NCBI GenBank assembly: GCA_003524085.1
Contig: DOEC01000006.1
Span: forward strand, 1,146 to 65,145
Origin: Bacillota bacterium
Lineage (GTDB): Bacteria; Bacillota_I; Bacilli_A; RF39; UBA660
Direction: 5' to 3'
Length of the DNA stretch: 64,000 nucleotides
The notes beneath the pieces were generated by a model. That model did no database searches. It had not been told where the DNA came from and saw only the letters and a list, made by a program, of their open reading frames with translations. A program made the position numbers and the translations under genes. Shown piece after piece: positions 1 through 9,106 of the stretch (its first letter is position 1; each line of letters starts with the position of its first letter).

Positions 1-605
1 CAGTGACTACCCCATGAAATTATACCAAAACTTAAAAATGCAATTGCAGCTAGTCCTCCAGCAAGTCCGTCTTCTCCATCAGTTATATTAACCGCATTTG
101 ATGAGCCTACTAAAAGGAATAATATAAAGAAGCCATATGCCCATTTAAGGTCAATATCTAAGTTTAAACTTGTTACTATTAAATGAGTACTTCCACCATC
201 TTTCATATAAATATAAAAGAAAACTATTGCTATTAATATTTGTACAATTAACTTTTGTACAACAGTTAATCCATCATTATGATGCCTTTTAATCTTCTTT
301 AAATCATCTGCTAGTCCAAGTAGACTATAACTAATAAATACAAATAGTATAATTATAAGTGAAGACGATATTTCAAGTGATCCTCTTATATAAAGAAGTA
401 ACATTGCAATTATAGTAGGAATTATAAATATAAGTCCCCCTATAGTTGGAGTTCCTTCCTTTTGTAAGTGTCTTTCTGTAATCATTGTACAGATAGTTTG
501 TCTAAAATTTAATTTTTTCAATAATGGTAAAAGAATTAAGCCTGCGAATACTGATAAAAAGAAACCAAGCATTAACCCCAAAATTGATTTTGCTAGTATT
601 AACAT
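1..605 (-). CDS. mraY: phospho-N-acetylmuramoyl-pentapeptide transferase MraY, N-terminal part (gene continues beyond window start)
   Basis: Not in ORF track (runs off the window). Minus-strand translation from ATG at 605 gives MLILAKSILGLMLGFFLSVFAGLILLPLLKKLNFRQTI...HLQKEGTPTIGGLIFI, a typical MraY N-terminus. RBS AAGGAGGA sits 7 nt upstream. Lies downstream of the PBP gene as in dcw clusters. Confidence 0.8.
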   Translation of the reverse strand, partial: MLILAKSILGLMLGFFLSVFAGLILLPLLKKLNFRQTICTMITERHLQKEGTPTIGGLIFIIPTIIAMLLLYIRGSLEISSSLIIILFVFISYSLLGLADDLKKIKRHHNDGLTVVQKLIVQILIAIVFFYIYMKDGGSTHLIVTSLNLDIDLKWAYGFFILFLLVGSSNAVNITDGEDGLAGGLAAIAFLSFGIISWGSH

Positions 606-678
606 TGTGTCTTCCTCCTTACTTCTAATTATACACTACTAATCACTATTATTTCAAATGTTTTAGTATAACTAATCA

Positions 679-2589
679 TTAATTTAACATTAATTTTACA
701 ACCGACCCTTCTTTTACACGTTTCCCACTTTCAGGATTAGTCATTATTACAGTTTCACCACTTCCAGAATATTCTAGTTTAAAACCATTTAATAGTTGTT
801 TTGCTTCTTTTATAGTTTTTCCCCTTACATCTGGTACTGTGGTATACTTTGTCTCATACCAAAAGTATTCTCTTGGCATACCTTCAGTTGTTGATTCTAA
901 GTTGTGTAGGTTAATTATTCCGTTAAATACGTTTCTTGCAATCGGAGCTGAAGTAGAGCCACCATATTGTGTTGCGCCTTTTGCTCCATCTACTCCGATA
1001 TAAACAATATATTCTGGATCGTTAGCTGGCATAAAGCCTATAAATGACAAAATGTAATTTCCAATCATGTATCTTCCATCACTTCCAACTTTTTGTGCTG
1101 TTCCAGTTTTTCCGCCTATTCTATATCCTTCAATGTATGCATTATGTCCACTTCCATTTGCAACAACGCTTTCTAGTGCGTATTTGACTAAGTTGCTTGT
1201 TTCTTTTGTAATTAAATTTTCTTTTTTTAATGTAGGATATATTTCTTTTATGATTAGTCCAGTTTCTCTTTCACTAATGCTTTTCATTACATATGGTGTA
1301 TACATATTTCCGTCATTTATTATACTACTTACGGCTAAGACTTGCTGCATTGCCGTTACTGAGACACCTTGACCAAAACTAGTTGTCGCAAGTTCTAGTG
1401 GTCCTACTTTATCTAAGGGAAATATAATTCCTTTGCTTTCTCCATTTAGATCTATTCCAGTTTTCTTACCAAAACCAAATTTATCTATGTAGTTAAAAAG
1501 CACATCTTTCCCAAGTTTATTACCAAGAACTACAAAACCGGGGTTACAAGAGTTTTCTACTACTTCTAAAAACGTTTCTTCACCGTGACCTCCTGCTTTC
1601 CAACAATGTAAAGTACTACCTGCTACTTTTATTTTTCCTGTGTCATAGTACTTATCTTCAAATAAATTAACCTTTCCCTCATTTATGGATGCGGCTAGTG
1701 TTAAAATTTTGAATGTTGAACCGGGCTCAAAGCTACTCCAAATAGCTAAGTTTCTATTTATTACTTCTACACTATAACTCTGGTATTTCTCTGGTTCAAA
1801 ACTAGGACGACTAGCCATTGCAAGTATTTCTCCAGTTTTAGGTTTCATAACTATTCCAATTGCGCCTTCCATGTTGTACTTAACCTCGGCATTATCAAGT
1901 TCACTTTCTAACATTAGTTGTAAATCTAAATCAATTGTTAAATTTATATCTAAACCTGATACTGGACTTGCGTATACTTCAGGCACTGAAAGTTTTTTAC
2001 CTTTGCCATCACTATAATATTTAATACTTCCATCTGTACCTGTCAAGTATTTGTCATACATTAACTCTAGCCCACTTAAACCTTGATTATCTATTCCAAC
2101 ATAACCGATTACATGGCTAAGTGTTTTACCGTATGGATAATTTCTTTTAGTTTCTTTAAGTAAATATACTCCGTCATAGTTTAGTTCATTAATTTTTGAT
2201 GCGATTTCGTAACTTAAATCTCTTCCTTCTGGGTGTACTCTTTCTATTGATGTTTTTTTAGAAACGTGTTTATACATATCTTCATAGCTTACTCCAAGAA
2301 TTTCACTAATATTTTTTGCAACAGTTTCTTTATCTTTAATCTGTGCTGGAATTAATATAAGGCTAGAAGTTGTTACGTTTCCTGCTATTACTTTCCCGTT
2401 TCTATCAAGTATTCTACCACGGTCAGCTCCAACGGGTAAGTTTCTACTCCATAAACTATTAGCGAGTGTATTTAATTTTCTGTATTCTATAACTTGTATG
2501 TAAAAAACTTTAATAATGACTATTAAAAATATCGCTATTACTATTAGAAAAACCAATTTAATTCTACTATTTTGCGTATTTTGAAACAT
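679..2589 (-). CDS. class B penicillin-binding protein (FtsI/SpoVD-like transpeptidase) with C-terminal PASTA domain
   Basis: N-terminal TM anchor, transpeptidase motifs (STFK, SCN, KTGT) and a C-terminal PASTA-like segment. The ORF track begins at GTG 2598; ATG at 2589 with a GGTGA RBS is the more likely start. Confidence 0.85.
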   Translation of the reverse strand: MFQNTQNSRIKLVFLIVIAIFLIVIIKVFYIQVIEYRKLNTLANSLWSRNLPVGADRGRILDRNGKVIAGNVTTSSLILIPAQIKDKETVAKNISEILGVSYEDMYKHVSKKTSIERVHPEGRDLSYEIASKINELNYDGVYLLKETKRNYPYGKTLSHVIGYVGIDNQGLSGLELMYDKYLTGTDGSIKYYSDGKGKKLSVPEVYASPVSGLDINLTIDLDLQLMLESELDNAEVKYNMEGAIGIVMKPKTGEILAMASRPSFEPEKYQSYSVEVINRNLAIWSSFEPGSTFKILTLAASINEGKVNLFEDKYYDTGKIKVAGSTLHCWKAGGHGEETFLEVVENSCNPGFVVLGNKLGKDVLFNYIDKFGFGKKTGIDLNGESKGIIFPLDKVGPLELATTSFGQGVSVTAMQQVLAVSSIINDGNMYTPYVMKSISERETGLIIKEIYPTLKKENLITKETSNLVKYALESVVANGSGHNAYIEGYRIGGKTGTAQKVGSDGRYMIGNYILSFIGFMPANDPEYIVYIGVDGAKGATQYGGSTSAPIARNVFNGIINLHNLESTTEGMPREYFWYETKYTTVPDVRGKTIKEAKQLLNGFKLEYSGSGETVIMTNPESGKRVKEGSVVKLMLN

Positions 2590-2661
2590 ATAATTCACCG
2601 CTTAAGTATATGTTGCTTTTATAAATTTATAACTTTAGATAGGATAGTCTCTTTTTGATTC

Positions 2662-2747
2662 CTTAAAATCTTACGGTTAAAAGTCTTAAAATCTTACGGT
2701 TGAAAATCTTAAAATCTTACGGTTAGAATTCTTAAAAGTGTACGGTT
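2662..2747. repeat. four tandem copies of a ~23-bp direct repeat (RAAAnTCTTAAAATCTTACGGTT) in the divergent PBP/ATPase intergenic region
   Basis: Read directly: cttaaaatcttacggtt / aaaagtcttaaaatcttacggtt / gaaaatcttaaaatcttacggtt / agaattcttaaaagtgtacggtt. Confidence 0.8.
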
Positions 2748-2800
2748 ATTATTGAAAATATGCTTATTTTATGGTAAAATTAATACAGGAGATGAGATAT

Positions 2801-4072
2801 ATGACTTTAACAAAAGAAGGATATAAAGATAGATTAATTGATAAAAAAATTAATGAGTGTTTGAAAGTTTTTGGGGCTGTTTCTATAAATGGACCTAAAT
2901 GGTGTGGGAAAACTTGGACTAGTTTAAATCACGCTAAAACAGTTAAGTATATTAATACAAACGATAAAAAATTATTTAATCTAGCTCAAATGGATGTTAA
3001 TCAAATACTTGTAGGTGATTATCCAATACTAATAGATGAATGGCAATTAATTCCACAGATATGGGATAGTGTTAGAAGAAAATGTGATGAAGATAAAATT
3101 AAAGGAAAATTCATTTTAACTGGCTCAGCTGTAGAAAAAGAAAATACAGTAGACCACTCAGGTGCTGGAAGAATATGCAAGTTAAATATGAAAACAATGT
3201 CTCTTTATGAATCTGGTGACTCAGATGGTTCTGTTTCTTTAAATGATTTGTTTAAAAATGCTGAAATTAAAAATCAACCTACTAGGGAATTAACACTTCT
3301 AGAAATATCAGATTTAATATTAAAAGGTGGTTGGCCTGAAAATACTGATAAATCAGCGAAGGACTCACAATTGATAGCTAAAAGTTATATTGAAGATATT
3401 TTAGATAAAGATATTAACGAAATAGATGGCGTTCAAAGAGATAGAAATAAGATGGAAATGTTGTTAAAGTCTCTTGCTAGAAATGAGTCAACATTAGCTT
3501 CTAACGAAACTTTAATAAAAGATATTATAGAGAATGAATATGACTCAATAAATAAAGAAACTGTTGGAGAATATTTAAATGTTTTAGATAAATTATTTTT
3601 AATTGAAAACCAACAAGCTTTTAATCCAAACGTCCGTTCAAGAGATAATGTAGGAAAAACTGCAAAGAGACACTTGACTGACCCTTCTTTAGCTTGTGCT
3701 TTACTTGGCTTAAACTATAATAAATTAATTAACGATTTAAATACTTTTGGTTTCTTGTTTGAAGCTCTAGTTGAAAGAGACTTAAGGATTTATTCAGAGT
3801 ATAATGACGGGGAATTAAGACACTTTAGAAATAATGTTAGTGGTTTAGAAGTTGACGCTATTGTAATTAACGAAGATGGAGAATATGGTGCTGTTGAAAT
3901 TAAGTTAGGTGCTAACCAAATTGAGGAAGCTAAGGAAAACCTTTTAAAATTTTATGAAAAAGTTGATAAGAAACCCAAGTTTATGTGTATCATATGTGGT
4001 TTATGGGGAAATGTAGTTAAGGACCCTGTTAGTGGAATTTATATATTACCTATAACTTCATTAAGACCTTAA
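2801..4072 (+). CDS. AAA+ ATPase of the DUF4143/COG1373 family
   Basis: Walker A-like GPKWCGKTW and Walker B ILIDEW, followed by a C-terminal DUF4143-like region. Start moved to ATG 2801, which has an AGGAG RBS. Confidence 0.6.
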   Translation: MTLTKEGYKDRLIDKKINECLKVFGAVSINGPKWCGKTWTSLNHAKTVKYINTNDKKLFNLAQMDVNQILVGDYPILIDEWQLIPQIWDSVRRKCDEDKIKGKFILTGSAVEKENTVDHSGAGRICKLNMKTMSLYESGDSDGSVSLNDLFKNAEIKNQPTRELTLLEISDLILKGGWPENTDKSAKDSQLIAKSYIEDILDKDINEIDGVQRDRNKMEMLLKSLARNESTLASNETLIKDIIENEYDSINKETVGEYLNVLDKLFLIENQQAFNPNVRSRDNVGKTAKRHLTDPSLACALLGLNYNKLINDLNTFGFLFEALVERDLRIYSEYNDGELRHFRNNVSGLEVDAIVINEDGEYGAVEIKLGANQIEEAKENLLKFYEKVDKKPKFMCIICGLWGNVVKDPVSGIYILPITSLRP

Positions 4073-4124
4073 AATGTGATTAAACAAAATCGCATTTTTT
4101 TATGTCATAAAAAAAGCATTTGAA

Positions 4125-4640
4125 TTAGTTACATTCAAACACTTTATCACCAAACACATATACATTATCACTTTTTTTAGCAGTGTATTCTTTATCTTTA
4201 TACTTAAAAGTTATTTTCTTTCCTTTAATCTTACTAATTGTAACGTCTTTTTTTAGATTATCCATTAATGTATCATCTATTTGATAATCTAATATACATC
4301 CACCTGTTCCTGTAGTATAAAGTTCTGCATCTATTTCTCTATATTTTCTAGCTAAAACTTTGTTTAACTCTTCATTTAATTTTCCAGTAAATACTGAATT
4401 TATAGTATCCTCTATTTTTTCATAACTGTTATATGTACTATTAGCTGTTTTATACCAATTAACATCTTTTAATGTGACTTTTGAGTCTTCATAAACAGGT
4501 AACCCTACTCCTTCAGTAATATAAATTGACGCATAAGCTTTTTCTAATGAGTCATAAAACATTGTAGTTTTTTCTTCATCAGTTGTTCCGCATCCAGTTA
4601 ATAACACAAGTGATAAAATAACAATAATAATCTTTTTCAT
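4125..4640 (-). CDS. lipoprotein (hypothetical)
   Basis: Signal peptide with lipobox LLTGC. Confidence 0.6.
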   Translation of the reverse strand: MKKIIIVILSLVLLTGCGTTDEEKTTMFYDSLEKAYASIYITEGVGLPVYEDSKVTLKDVNWYKTANSTYNSYEKIEDTINSVFTGKLNEELNKVLARKYREIDAELYTTGTGGCILDYQIDDTLMDNLKKDVTISKIKGKKITFKYKDKEYTAKKSDNVYVFGDKVFECN

Positions 4641-4698
4641 TTCTTCATACTCTCCTTTATATTAATAATTTTATCATATTTTTTTATATTTTTATAGA

Positions 4699-6612
4699 CT
4701 ATTTTAACAATTTTTCTATTTTTTCTAATAGTAAGTCAAAATCAAATCCACTAGTTTCTAATACTTCTCTTTCTCTATTAGAATATACATAATCATTTAA
4801 AGTTATTAAATATTTATCACTATAAACAAATTTATTCCAAATATTATCACTACTCATTTCAATAGCTACCACTTTAGCGCCTACTGGAAATAACTCTTGC
4901 TTATACTCTTTTTCATTCTTTAAATATAAGTTAACGCTTGGCATTGATACTACTCTTGTAAATAAGCCTCTGTTTTCTAATTCATCACTTATTCTTAAAG
5001 ATAATTCTACTTCATTACCTGTTGAAACTATTACACCACCAAGTCTACCTTTTTCTTTCTTAATGATGTATGCTCCTTTACTTACTTCATTGATAGAAGA
5101 ATTATCTAACATTCCTTTATATTTTTTAGTTATAATTAATGCACTTGGTATTTTTTTATTTATAATATAGTCCCAAGAACCAACTAATTCATTCACATCA
5201 GCAGATCTCATTACATTTAAATTAGGAATACTTCTTAAATCGCTTAATTCATTAACTACTTCAGTATATTTATTATTACTTGTATCTATAAAAGTATCGT
5301 TAACAAAGATATAACTTACTGATTTTTTAATTATACTAGACATTTTAAGTGAAGACTTCATGTAGCTAGAATTACTTAAAGTTGTTTCTATTACTGGTTT
5401 TAAGTTTAGTAAAGACATTCCATTTGCTATCATACCACCTGATAAATATTTAGTACCTAAATATATAGTTTTATCTTTATCAAATTCTATTTTAGTTTCA
5501 TTTTTATTATATAAATCAATATTAATCATTAACGGGCACATACTAGAAATAGCATTAAGTAAATTATTATTTGTTTCTCTTAAGTCTTCTTGCATATTTT
5601 CATCAAATCCAACTTTGATATTTTTAATATTCATTTTAAAGTTATCTTCTTCTAATAAACTTATTATTTTTTTCTTTTCTTCATTCACTTCAATAATCTT
5701 ATTATATGTACTTACCCATTCATTATAGTAAGTGTTATTTTTTTCTAAGATATTTTTAAATTCATTATATGAACTTGCTGATATGTGATATGGCACTTGT
5801 GTAATACTCATTTTTTCTTTAACTAAAGCTAAATCGTTTTCACTTATTACATACTCATGACCCTTTGGACTTGCTTGCATACTTGTACCTATTGCTATCA
5901 TTGTTTTAATTTCAATTATGCTAGGTTTACCACTTTCTTTAGCTCTTGTAATAGCTTTATCTATTAAAGTATAATCTTCTGCATTAGTTACTGTTTCAAC
6001 AAAATAGCCTAGGCTTTCTAAATATTTAAGTTTGTTTGTGTAGCTAGATGTATCTTTTTTACCATCCACTGTAGTTTCAAATGAATTATATAAAATAATT
6101 AGATTATTTAAGTTTTCTTTAGCAGCTACTTCTAAAGATTCCATTGCTACAGGACTAGAGATGCACTCATCTGTTACTAATGTATAAGTGTAGAAATTAA
6201 TTAGTTCTTTACCAAGCAACTTTTGCATGTATTTACTACCAAGTGTAACTCCTACAGCCAAAGACAACCCTTCACCATTTTTTCCAGTTGTACTTTCAAT
6301 ACCAATACTAGGGTTAAGTTCAGGATACACACTTAGTTTACCACTTCCATAATTTTTAACATCTTCTAGTGTTATGTTGTAGCCTGAATATAAAAGTATA
6401 CTATATAATAAAGGTGCAGCACCTGGTGTGGACAATATAAATCTGTCTCTATTTATCCAAGTTGGATCAGTACTTACAAAATGCATGTGTTTTGTAAATA
6501 CCGTATATATTGTCGGTGCTAGAGAAAGCGTTAGTCCAGCGTCACCTAGTCCCCTATTATAAATCATGTCTACACTCAAACTTCTTAAAGAATTAATTAA
6601 CTTAGTATCCAT
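4699..6612 (-). CDS. transketolase-family protein with all catalytic/ThDP-binding residues substituted (likely non-catalytic)
   Basis: Full-length colinear similarity to transketolase (NRDRFILS, TTG..GEGLS, VVSMPS blocks). But SGHPG is GLGDA, NGHGS is TPGAA, GHPE is YPEL, GDG is TDE, and the DGPTHQ His region is NNKYTE. Confidence 0.75.
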   Translation of the reverse strand: MDTKLINSLRSLSVDMIYNRGLGDAGLTLSLAPTIYTVFTKHMHFVSTDPTWINRDRFILSTPGAAPLLYSILLYSGYNITLEDVKNYGSGKLSVYPELNPSIGIESTTGKNGEGLSLAVGVTLGSKYMQKLLGKELINFYTYTLVTDECISSPVAMESLEVAAKENLNNLIILYNSFETTVDGKKDTSSYTNKLKYLESLGYFVETVTNAEDYTLIDKAITRAKESGKPSIIEIKTMIAIGTSMQASPKGHEYVISENDLALVKEKMSITQVPYHISASSYNEFKNILEKNNTYYNEWVSTYNKIIEVNEEKKKIISLLEEDNFKMNIKNIKVGFDENMQEDLRETNNNLLNAISSMCPLMINIDLYNKNETKIEFDKDKTIYLGTKYLSGGMIANGMSLLNLKPVIETTLSNSSYMKSSLKMSSIIKKSVSYIFVNDTFIDTSNNKYTEVVNELSDLRSIPNLNVMRSADVNELVGSWDYIINKKIPSALIITKKYKGMLDNSSINEVSKGAYIIKKEKGRLGGVIVSTGNEVELSLRISDELENRGLFTRVVSMPSVNLYLKNEKEYKQELFPVGAKVVAIEMSSDNIWNKFVYSDKYLITLNDYVYSNREREVLETSGFDFDLLLEKIEKLLK

Positions 6613-6672
6613 ATTTTCACCTTCTTATTATAATTTAATTATAACACATGAGAAAATACTAAGCAACTATTT

Positions 6673-6828
6673 TTATGCGTAGTAAACTTCTACCTCTATT
6701 GGAGTTTTCACATTACTAGCATTTACATCTTCTATCTTTTTAGTAAGCATAAATGCAAGTATCGCTATAATAAAATAGAATAACAATATACCTTTCATAC
6801 TATTAAATAATTTTTCAACTTTTTCCAT
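6673..6828 (-). CDS. small single-pass membrane protein (51 aa), divergent from lexA; candidate SOS-linked small protein
   Basis: Not in ORF track. Sequence MEKVEKLFNSMKGILLFYFIIAILAFMLTKKIEDVNASNVKTPIEVEVYYA with RBS GGAGAGTGA. Divergent orientation from lexA is reminiscent of the yneA position in Bacillus. Confidence 0.3.
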   Translation of the reverse strand: MEKVEKLFNSMKGILLFYFIIAILAFMLTKKIEDVNASNVKTPIEVEVYYA

Positions 6829-6900
6829 TTCATTCACTCTCCTTATGCACCTATTTTATAACATATATTAGTTTGTGTCAATATTAAATCGCAAAAATGT

Positions 6901-6929
6901 TTGACAAATTTACATTTGTGTGTTAAACT
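6901..6929 (+). promoter_or_regulatory. putative lexA promoter (TTGACA-17-TGtTAAACT) with inverted repeat ACAAAT-N4-ATTTGT in the spacer (possible operator)
   Basis: Read directly. The palindrome spans 6904-6919. No canonical GAAC-N4-GTTC Cheo box is present. Confidence 0.4.
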
Positions 6930-6952
6930 ATTATCAGAAAGGATGTGAAACT

Positions 6953-7570
6953 ATGGAAAAATTAACTAAAAAACAAGAAGAAGTCTTGACAGTTATTAAA
7001 AAATACATAGCTGAACACGGCTATGCTCCAAGTGTAAGAGAAGTTTGTGAACTTATGAATTTAAGTTCAACTGCAACTGTATTCGTACATATGAGACATC
7101 TTATGAAGAAAGGATATTTAAAACAAACAGATAATAAATTTAGAACACTAGAAGTTTTAGTACCAAACGAATACTTAGAAAAAAATGAAGACGTTGTAAA
7201 CGTTCCACTACTTGGAAAAGTTACATGTGGTAACCCTATTGAAGCTATTGAGTTTCCTGATGAATACATAGCTTTACCAGCATTCATGATACCTAAGAAA
7301 GAAGAAATATTTACATTAAAAACTGAAGGAATGAGCATGAAGAACGTTGGAATATATGATGGAGATATAGTTATAGTAAAAAGACAAAAGAATGCAAAAA
7401 ATGGAGATTATGTTGTAGCACTTGATGAAAATGGATTTACTACATTAAAGACATTTTATAAAGAAAATGGATATTTTAGACTACAACCAGAAAACGAAAC
7501 TATGGACCCTATTATACTTGATAAAGTTGAGATACTTGGAATTGCAATAGGTCTATATAGAAAGTTTTAG
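6953..7570 (+). CDS. lexA: LexA repressor (S24 peptidase)
   Basis: N-terminal wHTH and a C-terminal S24 domain with Ser (GMSMKN) and Lys (TLKTFYKE). The cleavage-site dipeptide is Cys-Gly (VTCGNP) rather than Ala-Gly. Start placed at MEKLTKK. Confidence 0.85.
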   Translation: MEKLTKKQEEVLTVIKKYIAEHGYAPSVREVCELMNLSSTATVFVHMRHLMKKGYLKQTDNKFRTLEVLVPNEYLEKNEDVVNVPLLGKVTCGNPIEAIEFPDEYIALPAFMIPKKEEIFTLKTEGMSMKNVGIYDGDIVIVKRQKNAKNGDYVVALDENGFTTLKTFYKENGYFRLQPENETMDPIILDKVEILGIAIGLYRKF

Positions 7571-7616
7571 TAAAAAAATATAGAAGCTAACTGATAACTT
7601 CTATATTTTTTTATGT

Positions 7617-8156
7617 CTAGCATTTGCTAATTTGAACTAAATCTACTTCTACTGGTGTTTCTTGTCCAAATAAATCTATTAAAACATTTAACTTTTCGTT
7701 TTCTAAATCAATACTTTGAACTTTACCAAACATTCCATTAAATGGTCCATCAACAATTTTAACTGAATCGCCTTCTTGTAAGTCTGTTTCAATGTCAAGT
7801 CTACTAAGTCCTTCACTAGCTAGAATTTTATCTATTTCTTGTGGAGATAATGGAATTGGTTTAGCACCCTTACCACTACTACCGATAAATCCAGTAACTC
7901 CTGGAGTATTTCTAACTGCATACCAAGCTTCGTCACTCATAATCATTTCAACAAGTACATAACCTGGAAACATCTTCTTTGTTTTTTCTTTCTTAATGCC
8001 ATCTTTAATTTCAACTTCTTTAGTTTCTGGAACAATAACTCTAAAAATATTATTTCCCATACCCATTGAGTCTTTTCTCATAAGTAAGTTTTCTTTTACT
8101 TTACTTTCATGGCCTGAATAAGTATTAACAACATACCATAACTTTTGATTTTCCAT
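7617..8156 (-). CDS. nusG: transcription termination/antitermination factor NusG
   Basis: Near-colinear with Bacillus NusG (WYVVNTYSGHE, NGN and KOW domains). Confidence 0.9.
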   Translation of the reverse strand: MENQKLWYVVNTYSGHESKVKENLLMRKDSMGMGNNIFRVIVPETKEVEIKDGIKKEKTKKMFPGYVLVEMIMSDEAWYAVRNTPGVTGFIGSSGKGAKPIPLSPQEIDKILASEGLSRLDIETDLQEGDSVKIVDGPFNGMFGKVQSIDLENEKLNVLIDLFGQETPVEVDLVQISKC

Positions 8157-8159
8157 AAT

Positions 8160-8339
8160 TTATCCCACGATTCCTTTCAAGAAAGTAAATAATACATCTA
8201 GTAAGTAAAAATATCCACCAAAGAACACCATTAAAGTAAGAACCATTACTGAATACTTAAATAAATCTTTACCACTAGGCCACCTTACCATCTTTTTTTC
8301 TTTACTAACACCTTTAAAAAATGCCTTGATTTTTTTCAT
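8160..8339 (-). CDS. secE: preprotein translocase subunit SecE (59 aa)
   Basis: MKKIKAFFKGVSKEKKMVRWPSGKDL plus a TM helix. Start at 8339 with a GGAGGG RBS; the ORF-track start is further upstream. Confidence 0.85.
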   Translation of the reverse strand: MKKIKAFFKGVSKEKKMVRWPSGKDLFKYSVMVLTLMVFFGGYFYLLDVLFTFLKGIVG

Positions 8340-8418
8340 AAGTCCCTCCATAAAAAAAACACTTACGTGTTTCAGTAATTTAAATATACTACAAATTAAA
8401 GAAAAATACAAGTGTTTT

Positions 8419-9105
8419 TTAAACTTTCATTAAACTTTTTAGCCTTTTTATAGCTTTTTTTTCAATTCTTGAGATATAGCTTTGACTTATACCTAACATA
8501 TCAGCTACTTCTTTTTGAGTATATTCTTTTTGATTATATAAGCCATACCTAAGTGTTAGTATTTCTTTATCTCGTTTATTTAAGTTTTCTATTTCTTTAA
8601 TTAGAAGTTCTTTATCAACAATACTTTCATATTCCTTTTCTACTATATCATCAGGTGTTCCTAAAACATCTTCTAAATGTAGTTCGTTACCATCTTGATC
8701 TAAATTAATAGAGTCTTCAAATGAAATTTCAACTTTCCTTCTTTTATTCTTTCTTAAAAACATAAGTATTTCATTATCAATACATCTACTAGCGTATGTT
8801 GCTAGTTTTATGTTCTTGTCTAGTTTATATGTCTTAACTCCTTTGATAAGCCCGATTGTACCAATGCTAACTAAATCTTCTAAGTCATACATTGTATTAT
8901 CATACTTTTTAGCAAGAAAAACTACAAGTCTTAAGTTGTGCTCGATTAGTTTGTTTCTTGCATGCATATCTCCATTATTACTCTTAATGACTAGCTCTTC
9001 TTCCATGCTTTTTTCTAAAGGTGGTGGAAGTATATCGGTACTTCCTAAGTAAAAAACTTTTTCTTTATCCTTAAACAAACTACTTATAAAATCAAATATT
9101 TTCAT
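8419..9105 (-). CDS. sigE: sporulation sigma factor sigma-E (pro-sigma-E)
   Basis: Pro-sequence followed by ILPPPL, NLRLVV and IGTIGLIKGV, and a C-terminal QSYISRIEK. Strong match to SigE; also immediately downstream of spoIIGA. Confidence 0.85.
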   Translation of the reverse strand: MKIFDFISSLFKDKEKVFYLGSTDILPPPLEKSMEEELVIKSNNGDMHARNKLIEHNLRLVVFLAKKYDNTMYDLEDLVSIGTIGLIKGVKTYKLDKNIKLATYASRCIDNEILMFLRKNKRRKVEISFEDSINLDQDGNELHLEDVLGTPDDIVEKEYESIVDKELLIKEIENLNKRDKEILTLRYGLYNQKEYTQKEVADMLGISQSYISRIEKKAIKRLKSLMKV

Positions 9106-9106
9106 G

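Noticed and set aside
1067-1372. Many short plus-strand ORFs nested antisense inside long minus-strand genes (e.g. 1067..1372, 7021..7338, 8810..9052, 14533..14739, 17409..17900, 23963..24367, 48822..49376, 57700..58086, 60306..61091, 61784..62134)
   Set aside because: Low-complexity translations with no RBS, fully overlapped by well-supported genes on the opposite strand. These are typical spurious ORFs in AT-rich DNA.
2662-2747. Tandem 23-bp repeats as a possible CRISPR array
   Set aside because: The repeats are contiguous with no spacers, only four units, and no cas genes are present. Treated as promoter-region iterons instead.
6880-6950. Canonical Cheo/LexA box (CGAACnnnnGTTCG) at the lexA promoter
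   Set aside because: No GAAC-N4-GTTC is present. Only the ACAAAT-N4-ATTTGT dyad is seen, so it is reported as a candidate operator rather than a LexA box.
8419-9105. Sigma factor as SigH (because of the following secE-nusG, as in the Bacillus sigH-rpmG-secE-nusG order)
   Set aside because: The protein has the pro-sequence, the ILPPPL block and full region 2-4 similarity to SigE. It is also preceded by a DTG-protease membrane protein (SpoIIGA). SigH lacks these features.
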